Shown here piece after piece: positions 41,674 to 53,548 of a stretch of 64,000 nt of DNA (the stretch's first letter is position 1; every line of letters begins with the position of its first letter). The position numbers were made by a program, and so were the translations under genes. Origin of the DNA: Bdellovibrionales bacterium (GTDB lineage Bacteria; Bdellovibrionota; Bdellovibrionia; Bdellovibrionales; UBA1609); the NCBI GenBank assembly GCA_965261545.1, contig CBDHDF010000002.1:608001-672000 (forward strand), read 5' to 3'. The notes beneath the pieces are model-generated. The model was not told where the DNA came from, did no database searches, and saw only the letters and a program-made list of their open reading frames with translations.

Positions 41674-42990
41674 TTATCTTATGTGTGTGAGTCCCCCTGT
41701 GTAGGGGTGGAGGGCTTTGGGGATTTTAACACTTCCATCTTTTTGCTGATAGTTTTCGAGAATGGCGATGAGAGCTCTTCCAATGGCGAGCCCAGACCCA
41801 TTGATAGTGTGAACAAACTGAGGTTTTACTTTCGCCCCTCTATCCCTGTCCCTAAAGCGAATATTGGCTCTGCGTGCCTGGAAATCTTCAAAGACAGAGC
41901 AAGAGCTTATTTCTCTGTAGGCTTTTTGACCGGGAAGCCATACCTCTAGGTCGTAGCACTTTGAGGCTCCGAAACCGATATCTCCCGTGCATAAAGCCGA
42001 GACTCGGTAGGGAAGCTCTAGTTTTTGTAGAATTGCTTCGGCATCTGTAGTTAACATTTCAAGTTCATTATAGGATTCATTGGGGTGAACAAACTTTAAA
42101 AGTTCCACTTTGTTAAATTGGTGTTGGCGAATGAGCCCTCGGGTATCTCTTCCATAACTGCCAGCCTCCGAGCGAAAGCAAGGCGAATAGGCCACAAATC
42201 TTTGAGGTAAATCATCCACGGAAAGAATCTCTTCTGCAAACATATTGGTGACAGGGACCTCTGCTGTGGGTACGAGGTAGTAATCTGTTCCATCCAAATG
42301 AAAGACGTCTTCCTTAAATTTGGGGAATTGGCCCGCTCCAAACATGGAGTGGCTATTGACCACAAAAGGGGGAATCACTTCAACATAGCCGTGCTCTCTG
42401 ACATGAATATCCATCATAAACTGGATGAGAGATCTTTCCAAAAGAGCTGCTGGACCCTTTAAAAAGACAAACCTTGCCCCTGTCACCTTACTTGCTCGTC
42501 CAAAATCTAAGATGTCCAACTTTTCACCGAGTTCAAAGTGTTCTTTGGCTTCAAAGTCAAAGGAAGGGAGTTGCCCCACAGACCTTAAAACTTGGTTCTC
42601 TGCCTCAGAGGCTCCTATGGGAGTTGTATGGTGACATATATTGGGAAGTTGGCTCAGGTGCTCCTTCAACTCAAAGGCTACTTTCTCCATATCCTTGGCC
42701 ATTTCTTTGATCTTTCGGCTCAATGTTTTCATTTCTGTAAGCACTTCTGGGGGAGGGGCTTTTTTCTCTTTTTTTAAGTTGGCGAAGTCCTGTCCCACTT
42801 TGTTTTGGTGGGCTCTGGCCCTCTCCATTTCACCAATGAGTGTTTTTCGTTTGCCATTGATTTCAAGGAGATTGTGAATTTCCAGAGGATCCATCCCTCG
42901 GTTTTTCAAGGTGAGTTTATAGTCTTCTATAAATGTTCGTCCCGTTTCTGGAAGAGGATTTTCATCATCTAATTTCTTGAGGTCAATCAT
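41674..42990 (-). CDS. serS: Serine--tRNA ligase
   Basis: [41 protein letters not shown]. Confidence 0.97.
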   Translation of the reverse strand: MIDLKKLDDENPLPETGRTFIEDYKLTLKNRGMDPLEIHNLLEINGKRKTLIGEMERARAHQNKVGQDFANLKKEKKAPPPEVLTEMKTLSRKIKEMAKDMEKVAFELKEHLSQLPNICHHTTPIGASEAENQVLRSVGQLPSFDFEAKEHFELGEKLDILDFGRASKVTGARFVFLKGPAALLERSLIQFMMDIHVREHGYVEVIPPFVVNSHSMFGAGQFPKFKEDVFHLDGTDYYLVPTAEVPVTNMFAEEILSVDDLPQRFVAYSPCFRSEAGSYGRDTRGLIRQHQFNKVELLKFVHPNESYNELEMLTTDAEAILQKLELPYRVSALCTGDIGFGASKCYDLEVWLPGQKAYREISSCSVFEDFQARRANIRFRDRDRGAKVKPQFVHTINGSGLAIGRALIAILENYQQKDGSVKIPKALHPYTGGLTHIR

Positions 42991-43118
42991 AGCACTTGCC
43001 CTATGTGTTCAATGCACCAAGCCCAATGTAGTTCAGTGTAGTTCAATATGGTATTGGTGTATTGATTCTATGTATAACTCTATGTATATTCAATTCAATG
43101 TATATATGTATATTCAAT

Positions 43119-43412
43119 TTAATTCAATGAAGATTGAATATACATCTTAAGGAGGAGGGCTATCAAGACACAAATGAAGTCAAAAATAAGGACGCTGGGA
43201 AGTCTCCAAGTCTGGGAAATTTTCATGAAAATACCGATGGTCACAACGGTGATAAAAGTGAAGCTGAGTTGATCGTAGCCAAGGATTTCTTGTCCAATGA
43301 GAGAGAGGGTGAGGCCAATAATTAAGCCTGTAAAGAGTTTAAGTGAATAAAACCCAAGGTGACTTGAGGTGTTTTTTACTTTCATATTGAGTTTGCCGGC
43401 CCATTCGGACAT
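43119..43412 (-). CDS. Small membrane protein
   Basis: ORF with three hydrophobic segments upstream of serS. Confidence 0.6.
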   Translation of the reverse strand: MSEWAGKLNMKVKNTSSHLGFYSLKLFTGLIIGLTLSLIGQEILGYDQLSFTFITVVTIGIFMKISQTWRLPSVLIFDFICVLIALLLKMYIQSSLN

Positions 43413-43609
43413 ATTTCCTCACCTTTCTGACCTTCATTGATTGCCTTATCTTCGTTGTTGTTTTTTCTTGCCTTATCTTATCTTGTCTTGCCTCTCAATG
43501 CTCTTTAAAGGATACTTAACTTTATTGTAGTCCTTTATGGGTGAGAGATGCAATCCCTTGGATATCATAGGTGCTTCATAGTTGGTAGTTGGAGCTAGAG
43601 GAGGGGTTC

Positions 43610-45799
43610 ATGTCTATCATAAAGAGTCATAGAGACTGCCATCAGGGGGGGCACCGTGGCCTTCGTGGCCACCATAAAAAAAACTTTCAAATAGTCACGC
43701 CTTTTCAACCATCGGGAGATCAGCCCAAGGCTATTGCCCAAATGGTGGGAAATATTCGTGAAGGGGCTTTTCATCAAACTCTTTTAGGAGTGACAGGGTC
43801 TGGAAAAACTTTTTCCATGGCAAAGGTTATTGAAGAATTGAATCTTCCCACCCTTGTTTTGGCGCCCAACAAGACCTTGGCGGCTCAGCTTTACGCTGAG
43901 TTTAAGGAGCTTTTTCCCCACAATGCCGTGGAGTATTTTGTTTCCTACTACGATTACTACCAGCCTGAAGCTTATATCCCCTCCACCGGTACATTTATTG
44001 AAAAGGATTCTTCCATCAATGAGCAGATTGATCGTATGCGACATTCTGCCACTCGCTCCCTTTTGGATCGTCGAGATGTGATTATTGTGAGCAGTGTTTC
44101 TTGTATTTATGGTCTTGGAAGTCCCGAAGTCTATGAAGGCATGCTCATCCAAGTTGTGGCGGGGACAGACATGCAAAGAGATCACCTGTTGCGGGAACTT
44201 ATTCGGATTCAGTACAAGCGTAACGACCTAGACTTTCATCGTGGCACTTTTCGCGTCCGTGGGGATGTGGTGGATATTCACCCCCCCTATGAAGAGGATC
44301 GAGTTCTTCGTTTGGAGTTCTTTGGTGATTTTATTGAGAAGCTGTCTTGGGTGGATCCCCTCCGAGGACAAGCCTTAGAGGAAGTGGATCAGGCAGCTAT
44401 TTACCCGGGAAGTCATTATGTGAGTTCTGATGAAAAAATACACATGGCCATTGAGACCATTCGAGAAGAGCTTCGTGAGCGCATTCAGTATTTTCGAGAT
44501 GAAATTGAACATGGGAAAGCCGAGCGCATTGAGCAAAGAACTCTTTACGATTTGGAAATTATGCAAGAGATGGGATTTTGTTCGGGCATTGAAAATTATT
44601 CGAGACACCTGACAGGTCGTGCTTCGGGAGATCCTCCCCCCACCTTGTTGGAATATTTTCCCCAAGAGTTCTTAACTTTTGTGGATGAGAGCCATGTGAC
44701 GATTCCTCAGATTGGTGGCATGTACCGGGGGGATCGGGCGAGAAAGCAAACTTTGGTGGAACATGGTTTTCGCCTGCCTTCGGCCCTTGACAATCGTCCC
44801 CTTCATTTTCAAGAGTTTGAAAAGTATGCGGATAAAGTAGTTTATGTTTCTGCCACCCCAGGTGACTATGAGTTCAAAAAGAGCGAAGGCTTGGTGGTGG
44901 AGCAAATCATTCGCCCCACGGGTCTTATTGACCCCATGGTGGAGGTGCGCCCTGTGGTTCATCAAGTGGATGACTTACTTGCAGAAATTGTGAAGAGAGG
45001 GGAGCGCAACGAGAGAGTCCTTGTGACCACTCTTACAAAAAGAAGTGCTGAAGAGCTTACGGACTATTACGAAGGTTTGGGGGTCAAGGTGAAGTATCTT
45101 CATAGCGATATTCACACCATTGAAAGAACGGAACTTATTCGTGATCTTCGCTTGGGAGTTTTTGATGTTCTCGTTGGAATCAACCTTTTGCGGGAGGGGC
45201 TTGATCTGCCCGAAGTGAGTCTTGTTGCCATTACAGATGCCGATAAGGAGGGTTTTTTGCGTTCGGAGCGATCTCTCATTCAGACCATTGGGAGAGCTGC
45301 ACGAAATGTCGAAGGGCATGTGATTCTCTATGCAGATAAGGTCACAAAATCCATGGAGTCGGCTATGTCTGAGACCCAGAGGCGCCGAAAAATTCAGAAA
45401 AAACATAATGAGGTCATGGGAATTGTTCCACAAACTGTGCAAAAATCCATGGGTAGGGGGCTCGTGGATGTTTACAGTGCTGAGCCCAGAGACGCAGGGG
45501 GGCTTGCTGTGGCCTCTTTCAGTCCTCCCTATCAGTCTAGAAAATCTCCATCTAAGAAGTCTCTATCTAAAAAGAAAGGGTCTCAAAAGAATTGTACCAA
45601 AGGCTTAGCCAAGGAGATTGCAAAATTACGCCGACAGATGAAGAAGCATTCAGATCGTCTCGAGTTTGAGGAAGCTGCCAAAACAAGAGATGAAATCAAG
45701 CGTTTGGAGATGATGGAGCTTGCCGGTCTTTCAGGGGCTATTGAAGAAGAGTCCTTGGCGGTGATATCCCATGGGTTGAAGGAGGGGGAGGGAGAGTGA
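43610..45799 (+). CDS. uvrB: Excinuclease ABC subunit B
   Basis: [35 protein letters not shown]-terminal UVR motif. Confidence 0.97.
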   Translation: MSIIKSHRDCHQGGHRGLRGHHKKNFQIVTPFQPSGDQPKAIAQMVGNIREGAFHQTLLGVTGSGKTFSMAKVIEELNLPTLVLAPNKTLAAQLYAEFKELFPHNAVEYFVSYYDYYQPEAYIPSTGTFIEKDSSINEQIDRMRHSATRSLLDRRDVIIVSSVSCIYGLGSPEVYEGMLIQVVAGTDMQRDHLLRELIRIQYKRNDLDFHRGTFRVRGDVVDIHPPYEEDRVLRLEFFGDFIEKLSWVDPLRGQALEEVDQAAIYPGSHYVSSDEKIHMAIETIREELRERIQYFRDEIEHGKAERIEQRTLYDLEIMQEMGFCSGIENYSRHLTGRASGDPPPTLLEYFPQEFLTFVDESHVTIPQIGGMYRGDRARKQTLVEHGFRLPSALDNRPLHFQEFEKYADKVVYVSATPGDYEFKKSEGLVVEQIIRPTGLIDPMVEVRPVVHQVDDLLAEIVKRGERNERVLVTTLTKRSAEELTDYYEGLGVKVKYLHSDIHTIERTELIRDLRLGVFDVLVGINLLREGLDLPEVSLVAITDADKEGFLRSERSLIQTIGRAARNVEGHVILYADKVTKSMESAMSETQRRRKIQKKHNEVMGIVPQTVQKSMGRGLVDVYSAEPRDAGGLAVASFSPPYQSRKSPSKKSLSKKKGSQKNCTKGLAKEIAKLRRQMKKHSDRLEFEEAAKTRDEIKRLEMMELAGLSGAIEEESLAVISHGLKEGEGE

Positions 45800-47676
45800 G
45801 GTCTGGGCACCTAAAAAAAAAGTCCATTGGTGAGAAGTTTAAGGCTCGGGTGAAGTTATTTCCCGAACAGCCCGGTGTGTACTTGATGAAAGATATATCT
45901 GGAAAAATCATATATATTGGAAAAGCCAAAGAACTGCGTACAAGAGTGAGGAGTTACTTCACAGGTTCTAAGGATCACAGCATTAAAACCCAGTATTTGG
46001 TCAATCAAATTGATAACATTGATTATATGATTACCCACACAGAGGTGGAAGCTTTTTTGCTTGAAGCTTCTCTTATTAAAAAACATCGGCCCAGGTACAA
46101 TATTCGACTCAAAGATGATAAGTCTTATCCCTATATTCGATGTAGTTTGGAGGTGGACTTTCCAAGATTTTACCTGAGTCGCAGAGTAAAAAATGATGGC
46201 GCTATGTACTTTGGCCCCTATACCAGTGGTTTGGCTGTTCGAGATACCATTCGCTTTTTGAATCGAATTTACCAGATAAGGGACTGCACCGATCATTTTA
46301 TGAAATCGAGAAAACGAGCCTGTATGACTCACCAAATAGGTCGATGTACGGCCCCTTGTGTAAACTATATTGCCAAAGAAGAATACCGTGAAAACATTCA
46401 AGGAGCACTTTTTTTTTTAAAGGGTCGGAGTAAAAAAGTTCTTCATCACTTGAAAAAAGAAATGAAGAAGGCCGCCAAAGAAGAGCGCTTTGAAGCTGCC
46501 GCAAGATTGCGGGATAGTATTTCGGCGGTGGAGGTTATTTGGAAAAAACAGTTTATTGTGAACTCCCATGTAGATACAGATCAAGATGTTATTGCCTACC
46601 ATGGAGATCACCGAGGTACCCTCATTGAGACTCTTCATGTTCGCAGTGGTCGTGTGACGGGGAACCGTTCTTATTTTTTCCCAAAGTTGAATGTGCAGGC
46701 TGAGGATGAAGACCCTCGTGAGTGGCTTACATCTTTTATCAACCAGTATTATAGTGAAAATGTCATTCCCGATGAAATTATTATCTCTGTGGACCTAGGG
46801 GAAGACCTTTATAAACTTCTTGGACAAGTTTTGAAGATGCGTCAGGGCAAGGAGAGGGAAAGTCAGTTTATCTATGTCCATAGGGAAGAGCATGTCCAAT
46901 TATTAGAACTCGCTCAAAGCAATGCTGTAAGTCATTTTGAAGACCAAGTTTCTAAGCAAGAAGACCTTGTCCAGGCTCTAAAGATCATTCAAACTCAGTT
47001 CAAGCTTCCTGCCCTTCCCCAAAGAATGGAGTGTTTTGACATCTCTAACTTTCAAGGTGATGAAAGCGTGGCAAGTCAGGTTGTCTTTGTGGGTGGTGTG
47101 CCTCAAAAAGATGAGTATCGTCGCTATAAAATCAAGACGGTGCAGGGGGTCAACGATTATGCAAGTATGAAAGAGGTTTTAGGGAGGCGCTTTCTTCATA
47201 CGGAATATGATGATCCTCAGTTAGTTCTTGTGGATGGGGGACGTGGCCAACTCAATAAGGCTGTGGAAATCTTAAAAGAGCTAGGGCGTTCTGAAATACC
47301 TGTTGTGGGAATAGCCAAGGCAAGAACCGAGAGGAACTTTCAAAAAGAAGAAGTGGTTGAAAGCGAGGAGCGCTTTTTTTTGCCCCAAAGACAAAACCCT
47401 GTGACCTTCTCAAGAGGGGGGGCTCTTCACATATTGGTTCAAATGCGAGATGAAGCCCATCGATTTGCCATCACCTATCATAGGAATTTAAGAGGTAAGA
47501 ATTTACTGTCCAGTGAACTCGACAAAGTAAAGGGGCTTGGGGAGGTGCGAAAAAAAGCTTTGCTTCAGAAGTTTGGCTCCGTGGAAAAGCTCAAAAACGC
47601 CTCTGCCGAGGAAATATCTAAAGTTCAAGGCTTTTCAATGAATTTGGTTGAGAAAATTCTGAAACAACTTGGTTAA
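45796..47676 (+). CDS. uvrC: Excinuclease ABC subunit C
   Basis: [37 protein letters not shown], HhH. Confidence 0.97.
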   Translation: MRSGHLKKKSIGEKFKARVKLFPEQPGVYLMKDISGKIIYIGKAKELRTRVRSYFTGSKDHSIKTQYLVNQIDNIDYMITHTEVEAFLLEASLIKKHRPRYNIRLKDDKSYPYIRCSLEVDFPRFYLSRRVKNDGAMYFGPYTSGLAVRDTIRFLNRIYQIRDCTDHFMKSRKRACMTHQIGRCTAPCVNYIAKEEYRENIQGALFFLKGRSKKVLHHLKKEMKKAAKEERFEAAARLRDSISAVEVIWKKQFIVNSHVDTDQDVIAYHGDHRGTLIETLHVRSGRVTGNRSYFFPKLNVQAEDEDPREWLTSFINQYYSENVIPDEIIISVDLGEDLYKLLGQVLKMRQGKERESQFIYVHREEHVQLLELAQSNAVSHFEDQVSKQEDLVQALKIIQTQFKLPALPQRMECFDISNFQGDESVASQVVFVGGVPQKDEYRRYKIKTVQGVNDYASMKEVLGRRFLHTEYDDPQLVLVDGGRGQLNKAVEILKELGRSEIPVVGIAKARTERNFQKEEVVESEERFFLPQRQNPVTFSRGGALHILVQMRDEAHRFAITYHRNLRGKNLLSSELDKVKGLGEVRKKALLQKFGSVEKLKNASAEEISKVQGFSMNLVEKILKQLG

Positions 47677-47694
47677 ATTGAAAAATATCATTGT

Positions 47695-50169
47695 ATGATA
47701 TGGCGCATATATTGTAGATATTACACCATTGCATGTGTTCTATCAAGTAAGGGGCAACTAGGGGGGGAACCAAGTTTGTTCATAATAAGGAACTTTGTAG
47801 TATTCATTTTTATAGGGCTTATCATTATTCCCGGAACTCTCATTTTTAAGATGGGCAGTCTCTCTGCGGAGTCCATTAAGGTTTTTGTTCGTCCAAAGCT
47901 TTTAGATCAGCTGGAAGAAATTGCGACTGTTGAGGTGATCGCCCTCATAAACAATGAAAGACCATTTGAAGTCAACGAGGAGCAAGTTCAAGAACTCAAA
48001 AACTTAGTGGCAAACTCTCCATATCCAACGAGTCATTGGTTAGCTATAAGTCGCTTGGCCCGTATTTATCATAAAACTCAGCCTGATGGTTACAAAGATG
48101 AACTTGCTCAAATGCTGACGGAAAAATTTGCTTCTTGCCATGGTCACTTTAGCTGCATTCAAATGGTAGAGCGACTTTTTGAAATTGCTGAAACGATTCC
48201 CTCTATTGTCGTCGATCATCTGCCCCATATTAAAAAAAGAATTGATAATCTGAGCTTTACCAATGATCTTATTAAATTTTATTTCCAGACAATTCACACC
48301 TATGCGGAGTTTATAAAATATACGGGTATTATGAATCATAGAAGTCGTTCAAAGGTCAATCAAACTTTGGGGGTGCCATCGGACGAGATTAAAAATATTC
48401 GCATGCAGCTCCATCAGCTCAATAATCACTACAAAGACCTTGAAACCATGCTTTTAAAGTGGCAACAAGAAAAAGAACAAGGAAAAAATTTTCCCGTTTA
48501 TGTGGATATTCTTGAGGGAGAGGAAAAGGAACTTTTTAATCAACTTAACCCTGATGTAGAAATTTCTGAATATCTTATCAACTACATTCACCAAAAAATG
48601 GCTTATTTGAAAAAGGCCAACTATGCACTCTATCTTTATACAGAGAGGTATGAAGTAAGAACTCCCATGTCTTGGTTGATGAGTATTAAGGAAAAAACAG
48701 AGCTTTCTCTTGGCGATACTCACTATTTGTCGACAAGGGATGCTTTTTGGTTACTTGTGAGATTTTGCCATCTTGAGTTTGAGCTTCCCTATCGACGTGA
48801 ATGGATAGATGCGATGAGGTCCTTGGGACATCTGGCTTGGCAAAAGGACCCAGAGCAAAGGGAGGGCATTGAAGCTATTCTTGCTCAGAAACAAAAAATT
48901 TATGAAAATATTAATAATTTCTATGAAAGTTTTCTTGAAGAGGAGTATAACCATCTTTCCTCAGGAGAAAAAGAATTTATTAAACAGCAATTTAGTGAAG
49001 AACAAGAAAAACATCTTTTTAATCAAGGTGGTATTTTCTTAAGTTTTTTTAGTGAGTCTCTAAGCAAAATAAAACTCTATATTGAATTAGAAGAAGTTAC
49101 AAGAAAACATGAAGAGATTAGAAATAAGAAAGAAAATCAAAGTAAGAAAGAAAATCAAAGTAAGAAAGAGATCGAACACTATGAAAAGAAGTACTACCAA
49201 TTGGTTGATCTCAATAGCATCCGTTGGCTTAGATTGCAGTGTAGCTTTATGGCAGCTACTTACAATCTCAACAAAACAAGATTTTCAAGATACCAAAATA
49301 GAGCTTGGTCACACCCCCATTGGCGGAGAACTCCCATTAGTCATGAAAATTATTCTATGCGTGAGGCTTGTTACTTCTATGGATCTCACCTTCGTAAACT
49401 AAGACAGTTTGCTGCTAGTCCCACTGTCTCCCAGTACGTTAGGAACTATATTACAAAGTTGGCTCCAAAACGAAGAGTATTGAAAAAGACACTTAATTCA
49501 ACAGAGTTCCAATTGGCTCTAAGTATTGTTGCCATTTATATGACTGGTGGAACCTACAATCTGCTCTTTCAAGGTGGAAAATCTCTCATAAAAAGGATGG
49601 TGACCCAATCCACAGCGAAAAAAATTTCTCAAAAGATGGCTCAATTAGCTCCTTCGCTCGTTAATACCACAGGCCAAACTCTCACTTATATGGGAAAGGG
49701 GACTTTACAATCATTGATTTATACCTTGATGTATGGTTCATTGGCTGTGGCTGTCGGCAATAAAAGCGTTTTTAAGAAATTTGGCGATTATTACACTTAC
49801 AATGCTGTTTTTTACTTGGCTTATCCCGCCTATATGAAGGCGGCAGGGATGATATTTCAGAGGGCTTCAGTGGCTAAGGGAAGTCGCTCCATGGCTAAGA
49901 AGGCCAGGGTTTTGATGCAAAAAACTCCCGCTTTGATGAAGTTGAATCCTGTGATGAATCACTCTTTGATGCGGGGTTTTTTGAGTGTCAATCGCCAGGT
50001 CCTTTCCTATGTACCGGTTGCCCCTATGGTGTCTGTTGTTGATAATATTTGGCGCAATAAAAGTAAGAAATACTGGAAGAATACTAAAGAACTCAGTGAA
50101 GAAATCTATATGAGCTATCTTTTTGTTATTTTTTCTCGTTGCTCTGCTCACTTGGTTTATTCCCATTAG
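47695..50169 (+). CDS. Large hypothetical protein with N-terminal membrane segment (start uncertain)
   Basis: 824-aa ORF; no recognised motif. Confidence 0.65.
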   Translation: MIWRIYCRYYTIACVLSSKGQLGGEPSLFIIRNFVVFIFIGLIIIPGTLIFKMGSLSAESIKVFVRPKLLDQLEEIATVEVIALINNERPFEVNEEQVQELKNLVANSPYPTSHWLAISRLARIYHKTQPDGYKDELAQMLTEKFASCHGHFSCIQMVERLFEIAETIPSIVVDHLPHIKKRIDNLSFTNDLIKFYFQTIHTYAEFIKYTGIMNHRSRSKVNQTLGVPSDEIKNIRMQLHQLNNHYKDLETMLLKWQQEKEQGKNFPVYVDILEGEEKELFNQLNPDVEISEYLINYIHQKMAYLKKANYALYLYTERYEVRTPMSWLMSIKEKTELSLGDTHYLSTRDAFWLLVRFCHLEFELPYRREWIDAMRSLGHLAWQKDPEQREGIEAILAQKQKIYENINNFYESFLEEEYNHLSSGEKEFIKQQFSEEQEKHLFNQGGIFLSFFSESLSKIKLYIELEEVTRKHEEIRNKKENQSKKENQSKKEIEHYEKKYYQLVDLNSIRWLRLQCSFMAATYNLNKTRFSRYQNRAWSHPHWRRTPISHENYSMREACYFYGSHLRKLRQFAASPTVSQYVRNYITKLAPKRRVLKKTLNSTEFQLALSIVAIYMTGGTYNLLFQGGKSLIKRMVTQSTAKKISQKMAQLAPSLVNTTGQTLTYMGKGTLQSLIYTLMYGSLAVAVGNKSVFKKFGDYYTYNAVFYLAYPAYMKAAGMIFQRASVAKGSRSMAKKARVLMQKTPALMKLNPVMNHSLMRGFLSVNRQVLSYVPVAPMVSVVDNIWRNKSKKYWKNTKELSEEIYMSYLFVIFSRCSAHLVYSH

Positions 50170-50228
50170 TGCTTGGTTCACTCTCGTTAATTATATTGGA
50201 AAAGAGTTTTGAATCTCAGAAATAATTT

Positions 50229-51668
50229 TTAAATTCTTAAAACAGTTCCCAGCATTCTCATGCATTTGACTTTGAATTTTTGGATGAAATTTATTTGGAT
50301 GTTGATTCTCTCAGACATAAACATATTCATATCTCTGTAGATAACATTCCAAGTGATAGGATTGAGTCCCTTGGCACTGATGCAGACTGCTTTATCAATG
50401 AGAATAATATGGTGCTTAATTCCATTAAAAATAAGATGTCCATAGGAGTGGGGAGTTTTTCTAAATCCAATTCTTTTATAAGTCGGCCATAATTGATCGT
50501 CGGCAGAGGTGATAACATAGTCTCTGTCTGAAGCTAAGAAAACTCTATAAATATGCTCAAATATCCTTATGAGAAGATCACTGCGCCTGTATTCATCATC
50601 AATGCAAAGTCTTGATACTTCCATAAGATTCATTTTACGAGGCAAATCCTGAGGGTATATTTTTCCCAAAGCTCTTTCTACATCTAAAATAGTAATTTCA
50701 CTTTTTGGAAATGATAGCGCTACTGTTGCAATGATTTTAGACCCATGGTAGGCAGCAAGAATACGGCTAATATGATCCAAGGGGGCGATAAGTTCTCTGG
50801 GATCGATATCTTTATCTAGCTTATGGACAGAAACATAAGCTTTTTTTCGTAGTTCAAGGACTTTATTGTATTCCATTATATCTTTTTCACAGTTAATGAA
50901 GCGAATACGAAAGTGATTGGAGATGATTTTTGCCTTTAAACCAACTTTTCTTAATTGATGGGGAGTGTGAGTGTCATTGTAGAGAAGGTGGGCGACAAGG
51001 TCTTTTTCCAAGTCTTTCGTCAACTTCTTAATATTTAAAAGAACCTCAAATTTTTCTCCATTTCTTCGTATATCTGCCACCATTCCCTCAAGGGGTTTTT
51101 TTGTATTGTTGACAATGGTCAAGTTCAACATGGCGGACATACCTGGAAAGATAAAGGCTTCTGTCGTCTGAAAGAGTTCAAATACAATTTTTGTTTGGCT
51201 TAGCATCTTGAGTTTTATAGCTATTTTTTCGTTGTAAAATATATCTTGATACAGGTAAGCCACAATGGGAACTTTGTCATTAACAGTGAGAACCTCAGTT
51301 TCACTAAAAATTTCTCGAAATGGTTTTTCCTCTTCTTTCCTTTGGAGTCCACAGCGCCGGCCGATATCTTCATCTTTGATCCATAAGCACTTGTAGTCCA
51401 TTTCAATATGATTCTCTTTAGCCCATTTTCTATGAATGAATATTTTGTAGGTTTTCTCACACTGAAGAGCGTCTTTGTCGTCGTCTCCTAAGATGATAGA
51501 AAGTCCTGACAAAGAGATATCGTAAACTCGAACCTCTAGGTTTTTGTCACCCAAGCAAATTACGGCTGATAAGCCATCACTGGGCCGGATATCTATTCTT
51601 TCTGTTGCTCTTTTTTGAACAACAGATAAATGAGCTCTTTTTTTTGATATAAACTGAGTACGTGCCAC
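50229..51668 (-). CDS. PilZ-like domain plus GNAT/FeeM-like N-acyltransferase
   Basis: KRATERI...DISLSG (RxxxR, DxSxxG); LELRKKAY...MEVSRLCID...YKRIGF. Confidence 0.7.
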   Translation of the reverse strand: MARTQFISKKRAHLSVVQKRATERIDIRPSDGLSAVICLGDKNLEVRVYDISLSGLSIILGDDDKDALQCEKTYKIFIHRKWAKENHIEMDYKCLWIKDEDIGRRCGLQRKEEEKPFREIFSETEVLTVNDKVPIVAYLYQDIFYNEKIAIKLKMLSQTKIVFELFQTTEAFIFPGMSAMLNLTIVNNTKKPLEGMVADIRRNGEKFEVLLNIKKLTKDLEKDLVAHLLYNDTHTPHQLRKVGLKAKIISNHFRIRFINCEKDIMEYNKVLELRKKAYVSVHKLDKDIDPRELIAPLDHISRILAAYHGSKIIATVALSFPKSEITILDVERALGKIYPQDLPRKMNLMEVSRLCIDDEYRRSDLLIRIFEHIYRVFLASDRDYVITSADDQLWPTYKRIGFRKTPHSYGHLIFNGIKHHIILIDKAVCISAKGLNPITWNVIYRDMNMFMSERINIQINFIQKFKVKCMRMLGTVLRI

Positions 51669-51914
51669 TTTTCACCTTTGGAGTTGCCACGAAGTTATCG
51701 ACTTCCTTCTCTTAGTCAAGCTTTCTTCCTATCCTATATATCTACCAAAGATATGAGAGAGGGCTTTTAGAGAGGTTTTTCGTTGTGACATCACCTAACT
51801 TTTCATAATCACTTATCGGACTTAAGTCCTAATACTTGAGTTGTTTTTTTAGAGAATAGAGGTGTGAGGCATTATTTCTTGGACATCTTCTTTCTATTAT
51901 TATACATCAGAGGA

Positions 51915-53546
51915 ATGAAAAAAGTGGCTCAAATTACAAAAAGTAGCACAGCCGAGTATTTTGCTAAAAATCTACAGCAAGTGGGCTTTTCCTCTCCCTT
52001 GAAGGCTGTTCTCACCACCTTGAAAGAGTCCGTAGATAATTCCTTGGATGCCTGTGAGGAAGCTCAGATACTTCCCAGCATTCAGGTTTCTGTTAAAAAG
52101 GTGGGAAAGGGCTCCACAAGAAACAGCGATCTCATTTCTATCACTGTGGAAGACAATGGGCCCGGCCTCGATGGGGCCAGTCTTCCCAAGGTTTTTGGGG
52201 AATACTTGGCCTCATCAAAGTTTGGACGTGGTCAATGCTCCCGTGGACAACAGGGTATTGGTATTTCGGCTGCTACGACTTGGGCTCAGTTGACCAATGC
52301 CGCTGGTGTGAGGGTCGTTAGTAAGACTCCAAATATGCGCCAAGCTTTGCAAGCCACAGTGGATGTGGATATCAAAGGTAACAAGGGGATTCTCAAAGAT
52401 AAAAAAATCATGGATTGGAATAAGCCCCATGGGTTAAAGGTGGAATTTCGAATTGATGGGCGCATTCAACTCAACGGGGATGGTGGTTTGATTACTTACT
52501 TAGAGGGAACCACCCTTGTCAACCCTCACTTGAGTCTTAGCTATGAACTCTTAGATATAAAAAAGCAGGTGGAAAGAGTTTCCCAAGAGGTTCCCCATAT
52601 CCCCGAAGCGACCCTTCCCCACCCTCACACCATGAAATTGGGAGAATTTTTAACCCATGCTCATTTGTACGGCCACCTGTCCTTAAAGAACTTTTTAAAA
52701 AATGGTTTTTCAAGAGTCACAGATAGGACGCTTACAGAAATCATTCAAAAGGGGCTGCCTCGAAAGCATCTAAATACTCTGGTTAAAAAAATCTCTGAAA
52801 GTGATTTTAAGAAAATCTTTCAAGCCATTCAGCAATCCGAACTTTCATCCCCCAGCACTCGTTCCGTTCTCACCGTGGGGGAGGAGGGGCTCACTAACAG
52901 CATTCACCGCCTCGGTCAAGTGGATTTCTTAAGTGTGGTCACTCGTACACCAAGAATTTGTGATTTTAAGCCCGTAGTGGTCGAAGTGGCCATTGCTCGT
53001 TTTGAAGATAAAAAATCCGCTACAGAAAATGAGTTCATTCAGCTTTTAAGGTTTGCCAATCGGGTCCCCCTGCAATTTGATAAGTCGGCCTGTGCTATCA
53101 CCCGTGCTGTAGAGTCGGTCAACTGGCGCTCCTATGGTTTGGCCCAGTCCAAGAATAGCCTCCCCCTAGGCCCCTATGTGTTTGCCATTTCAGTCACCTC
53201 ACCTTTTATCAAATTTAAGAATGCTTCCAAGGAAACCATTGATGCCAGTGACGATCTTGTGGAAGAGCTACGCCTGGCCCTGATGCGCACGGGGCAAAAA
53301 CTCTCACGCCACATCCGAAGGGAAAACAAGGCGGCGGACCTAGAGAGAAAAAGACAGCATATTGAAAAATTTGCTCCTATTTTAGTGGAGGGGCTCACGC
53401 GAATCGCGAAGGCTTCTCTTTCAAGAAAGGCCAAGGCCGAAGAGGGGCTTAAAAAAATTCTTGGGAGAGACGCCGATGCGGCTGAAAAAGACCTCCAAAC
53501 GGCGGAGTCTCGTTTGGAAGCTCTTAAGAAGGCAGAAAGGAGTTAG
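51915..53546 (+). CDS. top6B: DNA topoisomerase VI subunit B
   Basis: AEYFAKN..VGF, KESVDNSLDACE, EDNGPG, SRGQQGIGIS, RFANRVPL. Confidence 0.95.
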   Translation: MKKVAQITKSSTAEYFAKNLQQVGFSSPLKAVLTTLKESVDNSLDACEEAQILPSIQVSVKKVGKGSTRNSDLISITVEDNGPGLDGASLPKVFGEYLASSKFGRGQCSRGQQGIGISAATTWAQLTNAAGVRVVSKTPNMRQALQATVDVDIKGNKGILKDKKIMDWNKPHGLKVEFRIDGRIQLNGDGGLITYLEGTTLVNPHLSLSYELLDIKKQVERVSQEVPHIPEATLPHPHTMKLGEFLTHAHLYGHLSLKNFLKNGFSRVTDRTLTEIIQKGLPRKHLNTLVKKISESDFKKIFQAIQQSELSSPSTRSVLTVGEEGLTNSIHRLGQVDFLSVVTRTPRICDFKPVVVEVAIARFEDKKSATENEFIQLLRFANRVPLQFDKSACAITRAVESVNWRSYGLAQSKNSLPLGPYVFAISVTSPFIKFKNASKETIDASDDLVEELRLALMRTGQKLSRHIRRENKAADLERKRQHIEKFAPILVEGLTRIAKASLSRKAKAEEGLKKILGRDADAAEKDLQTAESRLEALKKAERS

Positions 53547-53548
53547 TT

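Noticed and set aside
43020..43140. Short TATGTATA/TTCAAT repeats upstream of serS
   Set aside because: Low-complexity AT-rich sequence without a regular period.
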